Virus record (IMG/VR): IMGVR_UViG_3300010354_000079
Coordinates: 1-64,000 of that record
Strand: one strand, 5' to 3'
Source of the DNA: a virus
DNA: 64,000 bases
The notes under the pieces are model-generated. The model made no database searches, was not told the origin of the DNA, and saw only the letters and a program-made list of their open reading frames with translations. The stretch's first letter is position 1. Each line of letters starts with the position of its first letter. Positions 35,675 through 44,720 of this stretch are shown here, one piece after another. The translations under genes were made by a program, and so were the position numbers.

Positions 35675-36772
35675 TCAGGCAATCCCCAGGAGGGCATCCA
35701 GCTTCTTCGGAGACAAGCCTTCCAGCCATTCACCAAAGGTGCCAACCTTGCCAGCGCGAAGCGTGAAGCAAGCGTTTGACAACCCCTTGGACTCAGCCAG
35801 AACAGCCTGAGCGAACTCCTTTTGGTTCAGATGGTTGTGGGCTTCCATCATCGAATCCACAGCAGCTTCCATCATATCAATGGAACGCAGGTGGACATCA
35901 AACCGCTCACGGTACTCAGGGAAGTGAAGCAGAAACTCTTCCAGGTCGTCGTTGAGAAACAACTCGGAGAAGTCCGGATCGCCATTACCGCGAACGCGGT
36001 GGAGCTGGCAATATACATCACTCTTGACCTTTGCGCGTCCGCGACCGTCCGACAGAATGAAACCTTCGTGATCAGCGCCACGACCATTCACGGCAGATTC
36101 GACAGCGGCGAGGTCGCCGAAATCGTAAGACCGAGCCAGGTTGAAGTCCGGTGCGAAAAACTCCAGATTCAGCTCTTCGAAGTCGATCTTCCGATCGCGA
36201 ACCGCCAACAGCGGCAGCTGGGGCTCTTCGTACTCCACGACGATTCGGTTGTCCTTGTGGCACAGTTCAAAGACGTAGCACAAGTTTGGATCCAGAACGT
36301 TACGTGAGTAACCAACTTCGTCGAAGACAGCCCAGAACAGATCCGCGAAAGAGCGACCGGTGGTACCTACTTCCGAAGCCCCAGCGACGGAGCCGGAAGT
36401 AGAGACAATCCAATCATTCTTGTAGTGGAATAACTTGATCAAGGACCCGTCGTACTTCTCGTAGACCTTGGTACGCGACCAATCCAACTCGTGGCAGTAA
36501 CCCTCGCCAACGTTGAAAAAACGATCGAACGCATACGCAACCAAGCGGTAGTACGGCGAGTGGTCACCATCGTTATCTACACGCTCGACAACGGCACCAC
36601 GGCAAGCCCGAACCAAGGGGTCGGCCTTGTCAGTCATGACGGATCCGTACTTCAGATTAAACAGATTCGGGTAGCGCTCGTCGCGAGCCACGCGAATGTC
36701 GCGCTCAGCTAAAGCACCAAAGTCATACCGGTCGTTCAACCAGTCGATCAGGTAGTGGCGGAGGTTTTCCAT
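35675..36772 (-). CDS. RNA ligase 2 (Rnl2)-family ATP-dependent RNA ligase
   Basis: VYEKYDGSLIKLF (KxDGS motif I); start trimmed to MENLRHY, 6 nt after TATAGT-like element of cassette E13. Confidence 0.65.
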   Translation of the reverse strand: MENLRHYLIDWLNDRYDFGALAERDIRVARDERYPNLFNLKYGSVMTDKADPLVRACRGAVVERVDNDGDHSPYYRLVAYAFDRFFNVGEGYCHELDWSRTKVYEKYDGSLIKLFHYKNDWIVSTSGSVAGASEVGTTGRSFADLFWAVFDEVGYSRNVLDPNLCYVFELCHKDNRIVVEYEEPQLPLLAVRDRKIDFEELNLEFFAPDFNLARSYDFGDLAAVESAVNGRGADHEGFILSDGRGRAKVKSDVYCQLHRVRGNGDPDFSELFLNDDLEEFLLHFPEYRERFDVHLRSIDMMEAAVDSMMEAHNHLNQKEFAQAVLAESKGLSNACFTLRAGKVGTFGEWLEGLSPKKLDALLGIA

Positions 36773-36846
36773 ATATATAACTATAGCGCTTTCGCGAGCG
36801 GAAGCAAAGGGGGGTAAACCGGCTTTCAAGGTACGGTTAACCGCCC
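36773..36846 (-). promoter_or_regulatory. cassette E13 (type B; TATAGT, ATG +6-7)
   Basis: GGGCGGTTAACCG...CCGGTTTACCCCCCTTTGC...TATAGTtatatatATG. Confidence 0.55.
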
Positions 36847-36863
36847 TCGCCTTCCGGGTCTGC

Positions 36864-37037
36864 TCACCTTGTGAGTAGATGGTATGTGATCATTTGGTCG
36901 AACACATGGTCTACCAATTGCTTAACTGTGGTATCAACGTTTGTGGAACTCAAGCTGTCAAGTTTGAATGAGAGAACTTGAATGGCATCAATGAGTTGTT
37001 GAACTTGTTGTGGGTCGAGAGTTGTATGTGGGTCCAT
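36864..37037 (-). CDS. hypothetical small protein (57 aa)
   Basis: minus ORF MDPHTTLDPQQVQQLIDAIQ...; not in ORF track. Confidence 0.3.
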   Translation of the reverse strand: MDPHTTLDPQQVQQLIDAIQVLSFKLDSLSSTNVDTTVKQLVDHVFDQMITYHLLTR

Positions 37038-37105
37038 TCTCTTTTCGTATCAAGACTGCGAGATTTCTTTCCTTCGGTCAGGAAACCTGTCCCCAGTTTC
37101 TGTCA

Positions 37106-37468
37106 TCACTTGTCGCGGGCTCGTCTTCGAGCGTTATGGAAAGCTGGATCAAGACGGTTCAAAACTTTTCCAAGGAGAGAAGCTTCACGACGCGCAATCT
37201 GCTCTGCAATCGGCCAGCTTACATTTGCGAGTGTGATGCCATTCTTCCCTTCCACTGGCAGACTCAAGGTGTTCCTGTAGCCTTTTTCGTTCAGGACTAT
37301 GTCGAAACTAAAAGGTAAACCAGACCCCCTGATAAAATCCTCACACACGATCTGCTCGGTGAGGACAGCAAGCTGACGACCAGTTTTGGAATCGGTGAAG
37401 AGAGTGCGACGGGTGGTTGTGTCACCGATTCGGTGAAACGATACGTCGCGGTAGGAAACTTTTCTCAT
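37106..37468 (-). CDS. hypothetical protein (120 aa)
   Basis: ORF track. Confidence 0.4.
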   Translation of the reverse strand: MRKVSYRDVSFHRIGDTTTRRTLFTDSKTGRQLAVLTEQIVCEDFIRGSGLPFSFDIVLNEKGYRNTLSLPVEGKNGITLANVSWPIAEQIARREASLLGKVLNRLDPAFHNARRRARDK

Positions 37469-37474
37469 TTTCGC

Positions 37475-37642
37475 TCAGCGGAGAAGACTCAGAGGGCGAG
37501 CTAGCTCGCTATGGAAGAAGTCCAGTCCGAGCAGCCCATCAAGCCACCCACCATAGGCGTAACGAATGTTTCCCTGCTCGGCGAGGCCAAGAAGGGAGTA
37601 AGCGTAGCTGTATAGAGCGTAAACGTAATCGGGGGTGATCAT
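37475..37642 (-). CDS. hypothetical small protein (55 aa, start MITPDY)
   Basis: ATG 22 nt after TATATT of cassette E14 with AAGAAAGGA SD-like sequence. Confidence 0.4.
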   Translation of the reverse strand: MITPDYVYALYSYAYSLLGLAEQGNIRYAYGGWLDGLLGLDFFHSELARPLSLLR

Positions 37643-37662
37643 GGGTCCTTTCTTGTATGTAT

Positions 37663-37732
37663 ACAATATAGCGCCCTTCACCCGACGAGTAAAGGGGGGT
37701 AAACCGCCCTCGAGGGGGGTGGGTAACCGGCC
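37663..37732 (-). promoter_or_regulatory. cassette E14 (type B; TATATT)
   Basis: GGCCGGTTACCCACC...GGGCGGTTTACCCCCCTTTACT...TATATT + 22-nt leader with SD. Confidence 0.5.
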
Positions 37733-37896
37733 ACAAAAAGCTTCGGTAATCCACGGAAAACTTACGCTGCCAGACTACTCCAGGCAGTAATTTAAATAAA
37801 TCACAGGAAACTAAAAAAGTCGCTTTTTCACCGGGCTGAAGCCAAACGGGGTTACTAGCGGGCTCCCTGACTAGGGAAGAAGTTAGAAGCTTGGCG

Positions 37897-38285
37897 TTAA
37901 TTCTTTATTGCCTCCCGAATAGACTTTTTAGGAACGAGATATGTATTTCCAACTCTCTCTTCGGGTTTTCCGACTTTTGCCCTAATTCGACCCGCAACTA
38001 GAATCAAGTTGTTCTGTGTTCCGTCAAACCCTAATCTCTCCATTTCTCGGCGTATCGACACATCGCTTCGAAACTTAGAGTTGACCAAAAGTTGGGCCAA
38101 AGCCTTTTCTTCTTTAGTGAATTTGACAGTGGGCTTCTTTTCTTTCTCTTCTCTTTTTCCCTTAGACTCAACCTTTTATTCTACCCCTTTCTTGCACTTC
38201 CCTCTAGAACCATAAACTGTTCCGTCCTGGCGAACGCAGCGAGCGAAATCGTAGTGAAAATCTTTCAACAGACCGTGAAAAACTT
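37897..38285 (-). pseudogene. N-module fragment in frame with downstream 67-aa ORF across a single TAA (pseudogene or readthrough candidate)
   Basis: ...DFHYDFARCVRQDGTVYGSRGKCKKGVE-TAA-KVESKGKREEKEKKPTVKF...(TTG)AQLLVNSKFRS... all one frame; no ATG for the module-bearing part. Confidence 0.35.
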
Positions 38286-38344
38286 CGAGAGACTTATCTG
38301 AAAAGTTCCGAGCATTTTGATGCTTTTGCTATACGAGTTTACCC

Positions 38345-38548
38345 TTAGGGAAAACTTCTGCGAATCGGGAAGAAGAGAAATGACTCAAGATCATTTGCTC
38401 TCTCGCAAAGATCGAGAGCTTCACTCTCAAGCAGAAACGCCAGATCCCTGTTCCCTTTCTTACGGTGTTTTTCGTATTGATCGGTTAGGTCTGTGAGTCG
38501 CCGGTCAATAAGTTCGTCGAGGTCGTTCATTTTGTTTTCAAGAGCCAA
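38345..38548 (-). CDS. hypothetical protein (67 aa)
   Basis: ORF track. Confidence 0.3.
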   Translation of the reverse strand: MALENKMNDLDELIDRRLTDLTDQYEKHRKKGNRDLAFLLESEALDLCERANDLESFLFFPIRRSFP

Positions 38549-38831
38549 ATTGGTGGTCTATTAATCCAGCCTTTCGCGTGGTTCTCACTGTATTTTCTAG
38601 AGGAGTCTATCGGCAAGGAGTAGTGGTGGGTCATGCAGGACTTTGAGGGCCATACTTTTCGCGCCCATCTTGCTGCTTCTTCCTGCGTGCGACCCCTGCA
38701 GAGAATTATATCCTTTGAGTCGCCAAACGACCAAAGTAGAAACATCCCGTAACTATCCATGAAAACCCTCAACATATCTTAGTAACAATAGTTACCTAAA
38801 GCATACCCGCCGAAGGTTCTCAGAGAGAGAG

Positions 38832-39323
38832 TCACTCTCGAAGAACAAGAGTCACACGGGCCCAACCTTCGACATCTTTCGAAAAAGTTTCGAGCATCGG
38901 AAGAATACGTTCCGGGTCTCCTCCTGCGAGACCGCACCCTATTTTCGGAAAGCCAACTCGAACAACTTCTTGAAGCTGTTCGCTTTGATAAAAAAGAAAT
39001 TGAGAGAGACGATTTAGAAGGGTGTCGAAGAAGTCGTATTCAAAAACATCCTCTTTATTGCTCCATCGATACTGGGTGTATGCGTTCACAACAGTAAAAG
39101 TGGAGCCATCCACCCGTTCAACTTCTGCAGTCGAGAATCTTGAAAGTTTCTTTCGGTCACCATAGGGGGTTCTTAAGTCTGCTAACTTCACTTCGGGGTA
39201 ACGAAAGGCGATTTCTTTCGCTATTCCGTTTCGCATTGCGTGAAAACAGTTGCAGCCATGAACAATGGTATCAAAGTCTCCCTGTTCAGCGAGGTCGATC
39301 AGGTTTCCGAAAATTTGTTTCAT
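38832..39323 (-). CDS. macro domain protein (ADP-ribose binding/processing)
   Basis: GDFDTIVHGCNCFHAMRNGIAKEI resembles the macro-domain Gly-rich ADP-ribose pocket. Confidence 0.45.
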   Translation of the reverse strand: MKQIFGNLIDLAEQGDFDTIVHGCNCFHAMRNGIAKEIAFRYPEVKLADLRTPYGDRKKLSRFSTAEVERVDGSTFTVVNAYTQYRWSNKEDVFEYDFFDTLLNRLSQFLFYQSEQLQEVVRVGFPKIGCGLAGGDPERILPMLETFSKDVEGWARVTLVLRE

Positions 39324-39556
39324 CGAACGTAGAAGTTCAGAGGTTGAAGGTAAGGTTCTTTTTCACTTGTATGGGACGATCTTTTGTTATTCATTGCCAA
39401 CCACTCAGAGTTGAGAAGAAACCAGAAGTTTCCCCAATAGCCCCCTTGGTATGAGAGACCATCCCCCAGATCTGCCTTGTTGAACCACGAAATTGTACCA
39501 TTTGAAAGGAGAACCCAGTATCTCCAAGCTCGCAGAAGTCGAAAAGTTAATCTCAT
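39320..39556 (-). CDS. hypothetical protein (78 aa)
   Basis: ORF track; ATGA overlap. Confidence 0.3.
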   Translation of the reverse strand: MRLTFRLLRAWRYWVLLSNGTISWFNKADLGDGLSYQGGYWGNFWFLLNSEWLAMNNKRSSHTSEKEPYLQPLNFYVR

Positions 39557-39565
39557 AGTGACGGT

Positions 39566-39919
39566 TCAAATGGCTCGCTCGAAGGCGAGTTTAGCGAAGC
39601 GCATCGGGTCATTCTTGTAGTCTACAAGGAGCCTCCCAATTTGATCAAGCTCTTTATCCGTGGAGGTAGCAGATTCCTCTTCTCTTCCCCTCTCCAGTTC
39701 TTCAGCTCTAGCCACCATTTTGAAACCATCGATTATATCCTTGTCAGAACAAAAGAGACTTTCAAGGACATCTTTCTGGTTTAGTTCCAGAAAAGTATCG
39801 ACTGTCCCCGGAGAAAGCGCTGAGGGGACACTTTGAAGGAAGCCGTAAGAACACAGACGCTCTGTAGCGCCAACGATCCAGATTAGCTGTAGAGTCAAAG
39901 TTCTTTCAACGTCTTGCAT
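39566..39919 (-). CDS. hypothetical protein (117 aa)
   Basis: ORF track. Confidence 0.3.
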   Translation of the reverse strand: MQDVERTLTLQLIWIVGATERLCSYGFLQSVPSALSPGTVDTFLELNQKDVLESLFCSDKDIIDGFKMVARAEELERGREEESATSTDKELDQIGRLLVDYKNDPMRFAKLAFERAI

Positions 39920-40094
39920 CTGTCGGTTTCGTTAAAGGGTTTACAATTGTTGGAAAACAATAAGAAGGGATTTGGTCCCTTCCGGTTCTTTGCTCTCGAA
40001 GAGTTTGGCACCACTTTTGTTCCAGGGTAGGCTGTGGCTTGACCTGGATATGCTCGATGGTAAACTTGAGTAGATGGAAAAGTTCAAACATGGT

Positions 40095-40685
40095 TTAGCA
40101 ATAGAGGTAGTTCTTCCACTCTTCTACTTCTGACGTGCTGATTGAAACAGCAATCTTGTTGTAAGGAGCTTTCGGTTTGGAGGACAGTACGGTACCGCGA
40201 GAGTTGATTCGGCTCTCGAGCATTCCAATTTGAAAACTATTCCAGGAGAAGGGCAAGCAAGAAACGTTGGTCGTCTCTTTGTTGAAGACGCGCTTCAGGT
40301 CTTTTGCCCACTCTTCAGGTGTGCGATTGTCCTTACAGTTGTTACACTCAAGGCAGCTCGTGACCAGATTTTGCCATGTGTCCTCTCCACCTCGAGACTT
40401 GGGAATCACGTGGTCGATCGTCAGTTTGGGACCCTTGTATTCGCAGTACTGACAAACGTGCTCATCCCTTTTCAGGATTAGAGCTCGAGTCGGTCTCGTT
40501 ACCGCGCCTGGCCTCACTGGAACCTTTACGTACTTCTTCAGACGAATGGTTCGGCTGGATTCTACGTGGGCCTTTCCCTTCAGAACGAGAATCCGAGCCC
40601 TTTTCCACGTTGTGTGGTTGAGAGGTTCGTACGTGGCATTTAGGACTAGGATGGTCTTTTGGAATGCGATTTTCTTGTAGTCCAT
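40095..40685 (-). CDS. HNH endonuclease
   Basis: HVCQYCEY...LTIDHVIPKSRGGEDTWQNLVTSCLECNNCK. Confidence 0.7.
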   Translation of the reverse strand: MDYKKIAFQKTILVLNATYEPLNHTTWKRARILVLKGKAHVESSRTIRLKKYVKVPVRPGAVTRPTRALILKRDEHVCQYCEYKGPKLTIDHVIPKSRGGEDTWQNLVTSCLECNNCKDNRTPEEWAKDLKRVFNKETTNVSCLPFSWNSFQIGMLESRINSRGTVLSSKPKAPYNKIAVSISTSEVEEWKNYLYC

Positions 40686-40806
40686 TTTGTCTCCATAGAC
40701 CCCTTCTATCGCACAGAAGGTAGTTTTCTGTAAATAAGTCTTACCCTAGTCACTCTTATGAGCAACTATTATGCCCAAAATAGGAATCGTGACGAGGAGA
40801 AAGCAC

Positions 40807-40829
40807 AGAACCCCAAAACTAATGGGGTT
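40807..40829 (-). terminator. intrinsic terminator-like hairpin downstream of nadV
   Basis: minus-strand GAACCCC-AUUAGUUUU-GGGGUUC followed by UGUGCUUUCUCC. Confidence 0.45.
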
Positions 40830-40855
40830 CTCGAGGATAGTTGAAACCAGCTTTG

Positions 40856-42349
40856 TCACTGAAGAATTCGCTTGCGAATCAATGAGACGGTATCGGAGTA
40901 GTGATAAAGAACCACACTATTCATGAAAATAGTACGCAGTTGCCCTCGGCTCTCTTCATTCCTGGTCTGCCGTTCGTAAAGAACAAAGTCTGAACCTTCC
41001 TTCTCAACTCGCAGAAGCCCTTGTGCCGACTTCTTGGTTCCCCGGTCAGTGATAGGGTCCTTCATGACCTCAACCGGTTTCCCGTTGATTTGAGCCCAAG
41101 TTGTCTTGAAAGCGATTCCAAATGTGTCCCGTGTATGGTACTGGTAGGTGTAGGAACCGACTCCGAAGACGACGTTTCCGCTCGCCCAACCATGTCGAGC
41201 CATATTCTCGAGAATCGACAAAGCCCTTGAGAGAGTTATCGAGTCTCCGTAGATCAAGCCAACTCTAGGATTAAGGCAACGGAAACCTTTCTCGTTAATC
41301 GTTCCACCAAACAAATCCCACAGAAGCTGAAGGGACCCTTTGTGGGCAGGGCTCCCAGGCTCAGCCTCAGGGTCTCCGCAGAGGATCTTCTCAGGGTCAC
41401 CGCTATCGGGCCGGAAGACCACCTTGGCGAGGCCCAGGGCGTCCGGCTGGCGATCCAGAATGGCCCCCTTGAGCTGGGCCGCAATGTTGGTCAGGACGTT
41501 CCAGTAATCCCAAGTGTCGCTCACGATACTTACGATTCCGCTAGGGTAAGTCTCGGAAATCAGGCGCCGATAGGTCTCAATTTCCGTGTCTTTTCCGCCT
41601 GTGCACATCACACTGTGTTCAGTGGCTGGAACGCCTCCTGCAATGAATTCTCCTTCAGTGTCGTAGTAGTCGTCAAGGAAGTCGATCGCGGGAATGTTGT
41701 CAGTCCCCTTGAAGCAGAACAAGTGCCCGATTCCGTGGGCAGCCGAGTCATAAACGCCTCCCACACCTCGAAGCGAGAAGTCATGTGCCTGAAAGTCTAC
41801 GAAAGACTTATCAGTTCCCGTAAGTTCTGCGAACTTATCCAACAAGCGTCGGAACTCGTAAGCGATAGTCGCATTGTTAACAACCTTCCAGATCTCCGCA
41901 GAAAGAGCACTCTCGACGTAGTTTGTCACCCAGTAGAAATCTGGATGCGTGTTTTCCAGAGTGAGGAAAGGTACTCGAAGATTTACTCGACTTCCTTCAG
42001 GAAGAGCCTTTAGCCGAATTGGAAGGTAACCAAGGTCGTGAAGAGCGCCAAGATGCTCAAGTCCGACTGCCCCTTCTCCGAGGGCTGTATCCATTCTCCT
42101 CTTGTACTTTGCGAGAACTCTTTCTTTCGGTTTCCGAAAGAACGTCTCGTTCCAGAGATCTCGGAGATACCAAGTTGCTGTCCCAAGAACTCCTGCAACC
42201 ACGATTTTGTGGTCAAAGTCGGGAAGCATTTTAGCAAGGCGGTCAGAACGAGCTGTCGCATTGGTGTAAATGTACTCCGTTCCTTCGGGGTACTGGCGAT
42301 AGTGACCCGTTTTGTAAAAGTCGGTAGTGTCGGGGGCGAAAAGTTTCAT
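40856..42349 (-). CDS. nadV: nicotinamide phosphoribosyltransferase
   Basis: full-length (~497 aa) similarity pattern to NAMPT (YKTGHYRQYP..., GxGSYTYQY...). Confidence 0.8.
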   Translation of the reverse strand: MKLFAPDTTDFYKTGHYRQYPEGTEYIYTNATARSDRLAKMLPDFDHKIVVAGVLGTATWYLRDLWNETFFRKPKERVLAKYKRRMDTALGEGAVGLEHLGALHDLGYLPIRLKALPEGSRVNLRVPFLTLENTHPDFYWVTNYVESALSAEIWKVVNNATIAYEFRRLLDKFAELTGTDKSFVDFQAHDFSLRGVGGVYDSAAHGIGHLFCFKGTDNIPAIDFLDDYYDTEGEFIAGGVPATEHSVMCTGGKDTEIETYRRLISETYPSGIVSIVSDTWDYWNVLTNIAAQLKGAILDRQPDALGLAKVVFRPDSGDPEKILCGDPEAEPGSPAHKGSLQLLWDLFGGTINEKGFRCLNPRVGLIYGDSITLSRALSILENMARHGWASGNVVFGVGSYTYQYHTRDTFGIAFKTTWAQINGKPVEVMKDPITDRGTKKSAQGLLRVEKEGSDFVLYERQTRNEESRGQLRTIFMNSVVLYHYSDTVSLIRKRILQ

Positions 42350-42352
42350 TGT

Positions 42353-43270
42353 CTAAGCGGCACTGCGAAGGTAGGAAACGTTCTGAGGAATGGCGTCGTA
42401 GAATGAATTGTTGGGAAGAAGATTTGCAACGTAGAAGGTGTCGATCAGATTGTCGAAAACCTCAAAACTCTTTGAGAAAATCCCGTGAGTGACATAAAGG
42501 TCGATTCGAGAAGGATTGTGTTTACGAAGAACTTTTGCCAGCTCAACAAAGGTTCTACCACCATCGCAGATATCATCCACAATCAAAAGGGGCTTTCCTG
42601 CGTAGGATACTTCAGTGGGAACATCGGTTCTCAGGATTTGCCCATTCTCAGGGTTTCTGACTTTGGTCGCATAAACCACTGAGCTGAGACCGAGTTCTTT
42701 CTGAGCCAAGGTAGCACGCTCAACGGCACCTTTGTCAGGGGCAATCACGATTGTGTCGGAGGGAAACCTCGCTCCCCCTCGGCAAAAGTCTCGAAGAAGG
42801 GAGTCTGGCTTGACGTTGAACAACGTGCAACCTTCCTCTCGGAAAAGACTGGAAGCGACTGGGCTATGCGCATCCCAAGTTATGACTTTATCGCTTACAC
42901 TGAGGTATGGCGCCAAAGCCTTCACAAAGACAGACAGGGAGAAAGCTTCCCCTTCGACACAAGCTCGGTCTTGCCTACTATACGGGAGATACGGGAGTAT
43001 AAGCTCTATTTCACACGTAATGGGTAGGCGACAGAGGGCGTCAAGGGTGAGCAGAAGTTCGACAAATGATCCGCTATCATGAATGTCTGCGTTGACAATC
43101 ACTTTCTCGAGCTTGGGGATAGTGTTCAATCGGACTTGAGTCTCCCCCGCACTAAAATGAAAAGAGGAATTTTTAAGGATTCCGATTCCGTCAGGGGTAA
43201 TTCCCATGATTTCAATCGGCTTCCTCTTTCGAAGGCTGATCATTTCGTCGCTCTTAATCAAGACTTTCAC
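42353..43270 (-). CDS. prs: ribose-phosphate pyrophosphokinase (PRPP synthetase)
   Basis: LLIVDDICDGGRT PRPP-binding motif; FSAGETQVRL N-domain; directly downstream of nadV; GTG start. Confidence 0.75.
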   Translation of the reverse strand: MKVLIKSDEMISLRKRKPIEIMGITPDGIGILKNSSFHFSAGETQVRLNTIPKLEKVIVNADIHDSGSFVELLLTLDALCRLPITCEIELILPYLPYSRQDRACVEGEAFSLSVFVKALAPYLSVSDKVITWDAHSPVASSLFREEGCTLFNVKPDSLLRDFCRGGARFPSDTIVIAPDKGAVERATLAQKELGLSSVVYATKVRNPENGQILRTDVPTEVSYAGKPLLIVDDICDGGRTFVELAKVLRKHNPSRIDLYVTHGIFSKSFEVFDNLIDTFYVANLLPNNSFYDAIPQNVSYLRSAA

Positions 43271-43299
43271 TTTTCTGCACTCAGCTTAGGTCGTTTTTC

Positions 43300-43350
43300 G
43301 GTGTTCGGATAGCGGGCAAACCGTCCTCCTTGGGGCGGGTTCCCGTCAAC
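43300..43350 (-). promoter_or_regulatory. cassette-like element E15 between small membrane gene and prs
   Basis: GACGGGAACCCGCCCC-AAGGAG-GACGGTTTGCCCGC. Confidence 0.4.
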
Positions 43351-43567
43351 TGTCTTTCTCTTCAGGGGCCGGTGTGACTTTTGCCCCCGCTTTACGAAGA
43401 AAGTTCACAACAAGACCGCGAAGGGGTTCCTTCACCTCTGGAAACTGCGTAACCAGGTAAGCAAGAATGCACAGAAGGGATATTAGAAAACTGGGTGAGA
43501 GGGCGGCGACAATGAAGAGGGAGGAAATCTTGATTTGATTTGTAATTGAGCTTTTGTCTTCGTTCAT
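43346..43567 (-). CDS. small membrane protein
   Basis: hydrophobic SSLFIVAALSPSFLISLLCILAYLV. Confidence 0.4.
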   Translation of the reverse strand: MNEDKSSITNQIKISSLFIVAALSPSFLISLLCILAYLVTQFPEVKEPLRGLVVNFLRKAGAKVTPAPEEKDS

Positions 43568-43629
43568 CGATTGTAATATGGATACAGAAAAGGAGGGTTC
43601 CCCCTCCTCCTTCAGTCAAGTTGAAAGGG

Positions 43630-44478
43630 TCAGAACTTAAAGCCGAGACCGATATTTCCGACCGGACTGTAACCGGTTCCGGAAACACCGTTACTTTGAG
43701 TTGGGAACTTCAGGTCAGCGAAACCTACTAGGGAAGGGGTGAGGGAACGTTCTACACCTGCGACAAACAGAAACTGGGAACCTTGGCCAATGCTGGTCTG
43801 AAAGTTTGCCAATCCGTTGTTAGTGAGTGCCCACTGTCCACCTGCACCAAGGTACAAGTTGGTGCTGCTGACGTAAGCGTCACCGATTTTACGCCCAGCA
43901 AGGGAAACGTCAACCGTCCCGAGAACGCCACCGGCAGAGCCGATTTGGCTATCCGGGCCAGCCGAAAAGTTCACATAGGGGCGAACGGAGACGTTGGCTC
44001 CGAAGGCTTTACCCAAGGGAAGGCGACTTTGAACTGTTGCACCGGCAACAGTGCGATTTGCATCGTAGCCACCACCGTTCACTCCTTGGCGGTTGAGAGT
44101 AACTCCAACGCCGAGGTAGGAACCGACCCCTACAGCGCGAGTTGCAGCTGCGTTTTCCAGACGAGTGATTCGAGCGCTTTCAGTTGCGAGCGCAATGCGA
44201 ACTCGGTCAGCAAGAACTCGATCTTCATTGCTCAAAGTGTTGTAAACTTCGTCAAGGCACGCACTCATAAGCGCAATCGACTCGTAGCGAGTCGCTGAGT
44301 TCTTTCCGCGCAGAGTTCCGTCCGAGTATCCGGCAACGCAACCATATCGTTGAACGAGGTTTTGCAACGCTGGGTAAGCCCAATCGGTCGGAGAAACGTC
44401 AGGGAACTGTGCTCCAGCAAAACCTGGGCTTGCGACAGAGGCTGCGATTGCAGCGACAGCAAGATTACGAATTTTCAT
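43630..44478 (-). CDS. SLH-domain outer-membrane porin-like protein
   Basis: signal peptide, then FPDVSPTDWAYPALQNL...GYSDGTLRG (SLH motif) and Gly/aromatic-rich beta-barrel ending in F. Confidence 0.55.
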   Translation of the reverse strand: MKIRNLAVAAIAASVASPGFAGAQFPDVSPTDWAYPALQNLVQRYGCVAGYSDGTLRGKNSATRYESIALMSACLDEVYNTLSNEDRVLADRVRIALATESARITRLENAAATRAVGVGSYLGVGVTLNRQGVNGGGYDANRTVAGATVQSRLPLGKAFGANVSVRPYVNFSAGPDSQIGSAGGVLGTVDVSLAGRKIGDAYVSSTNLYLGAGGQWALTNNGLANFQTSIGQGSQFLFVAGVERSLTPSLVGFADLKFPTQSNGVSGTGYSPVGNIGLGFKF

Positions 44479-44720
44479 GTATTTTTTCGTGAGAGTGAGT
44501 AAGCAAAGAACAACTGCTTACAAGGTAAGCATACAGGTTTCAGAGGGGAGTAAAGTGGGGCCTCTTAAGAAAGCGGCCTCAATCGTCGTTACCGATCTGA
44601 AAAATTTCAATCCACGCCAATGTAGAAAGAGTGATGATCACACAATCAACGAAAAGCGTTTTGAAGTCAGGAATGATTTCCATTGAAAGAAAAGGGTGAG
44701 ATTTCTCTCACCCGGTAGCC

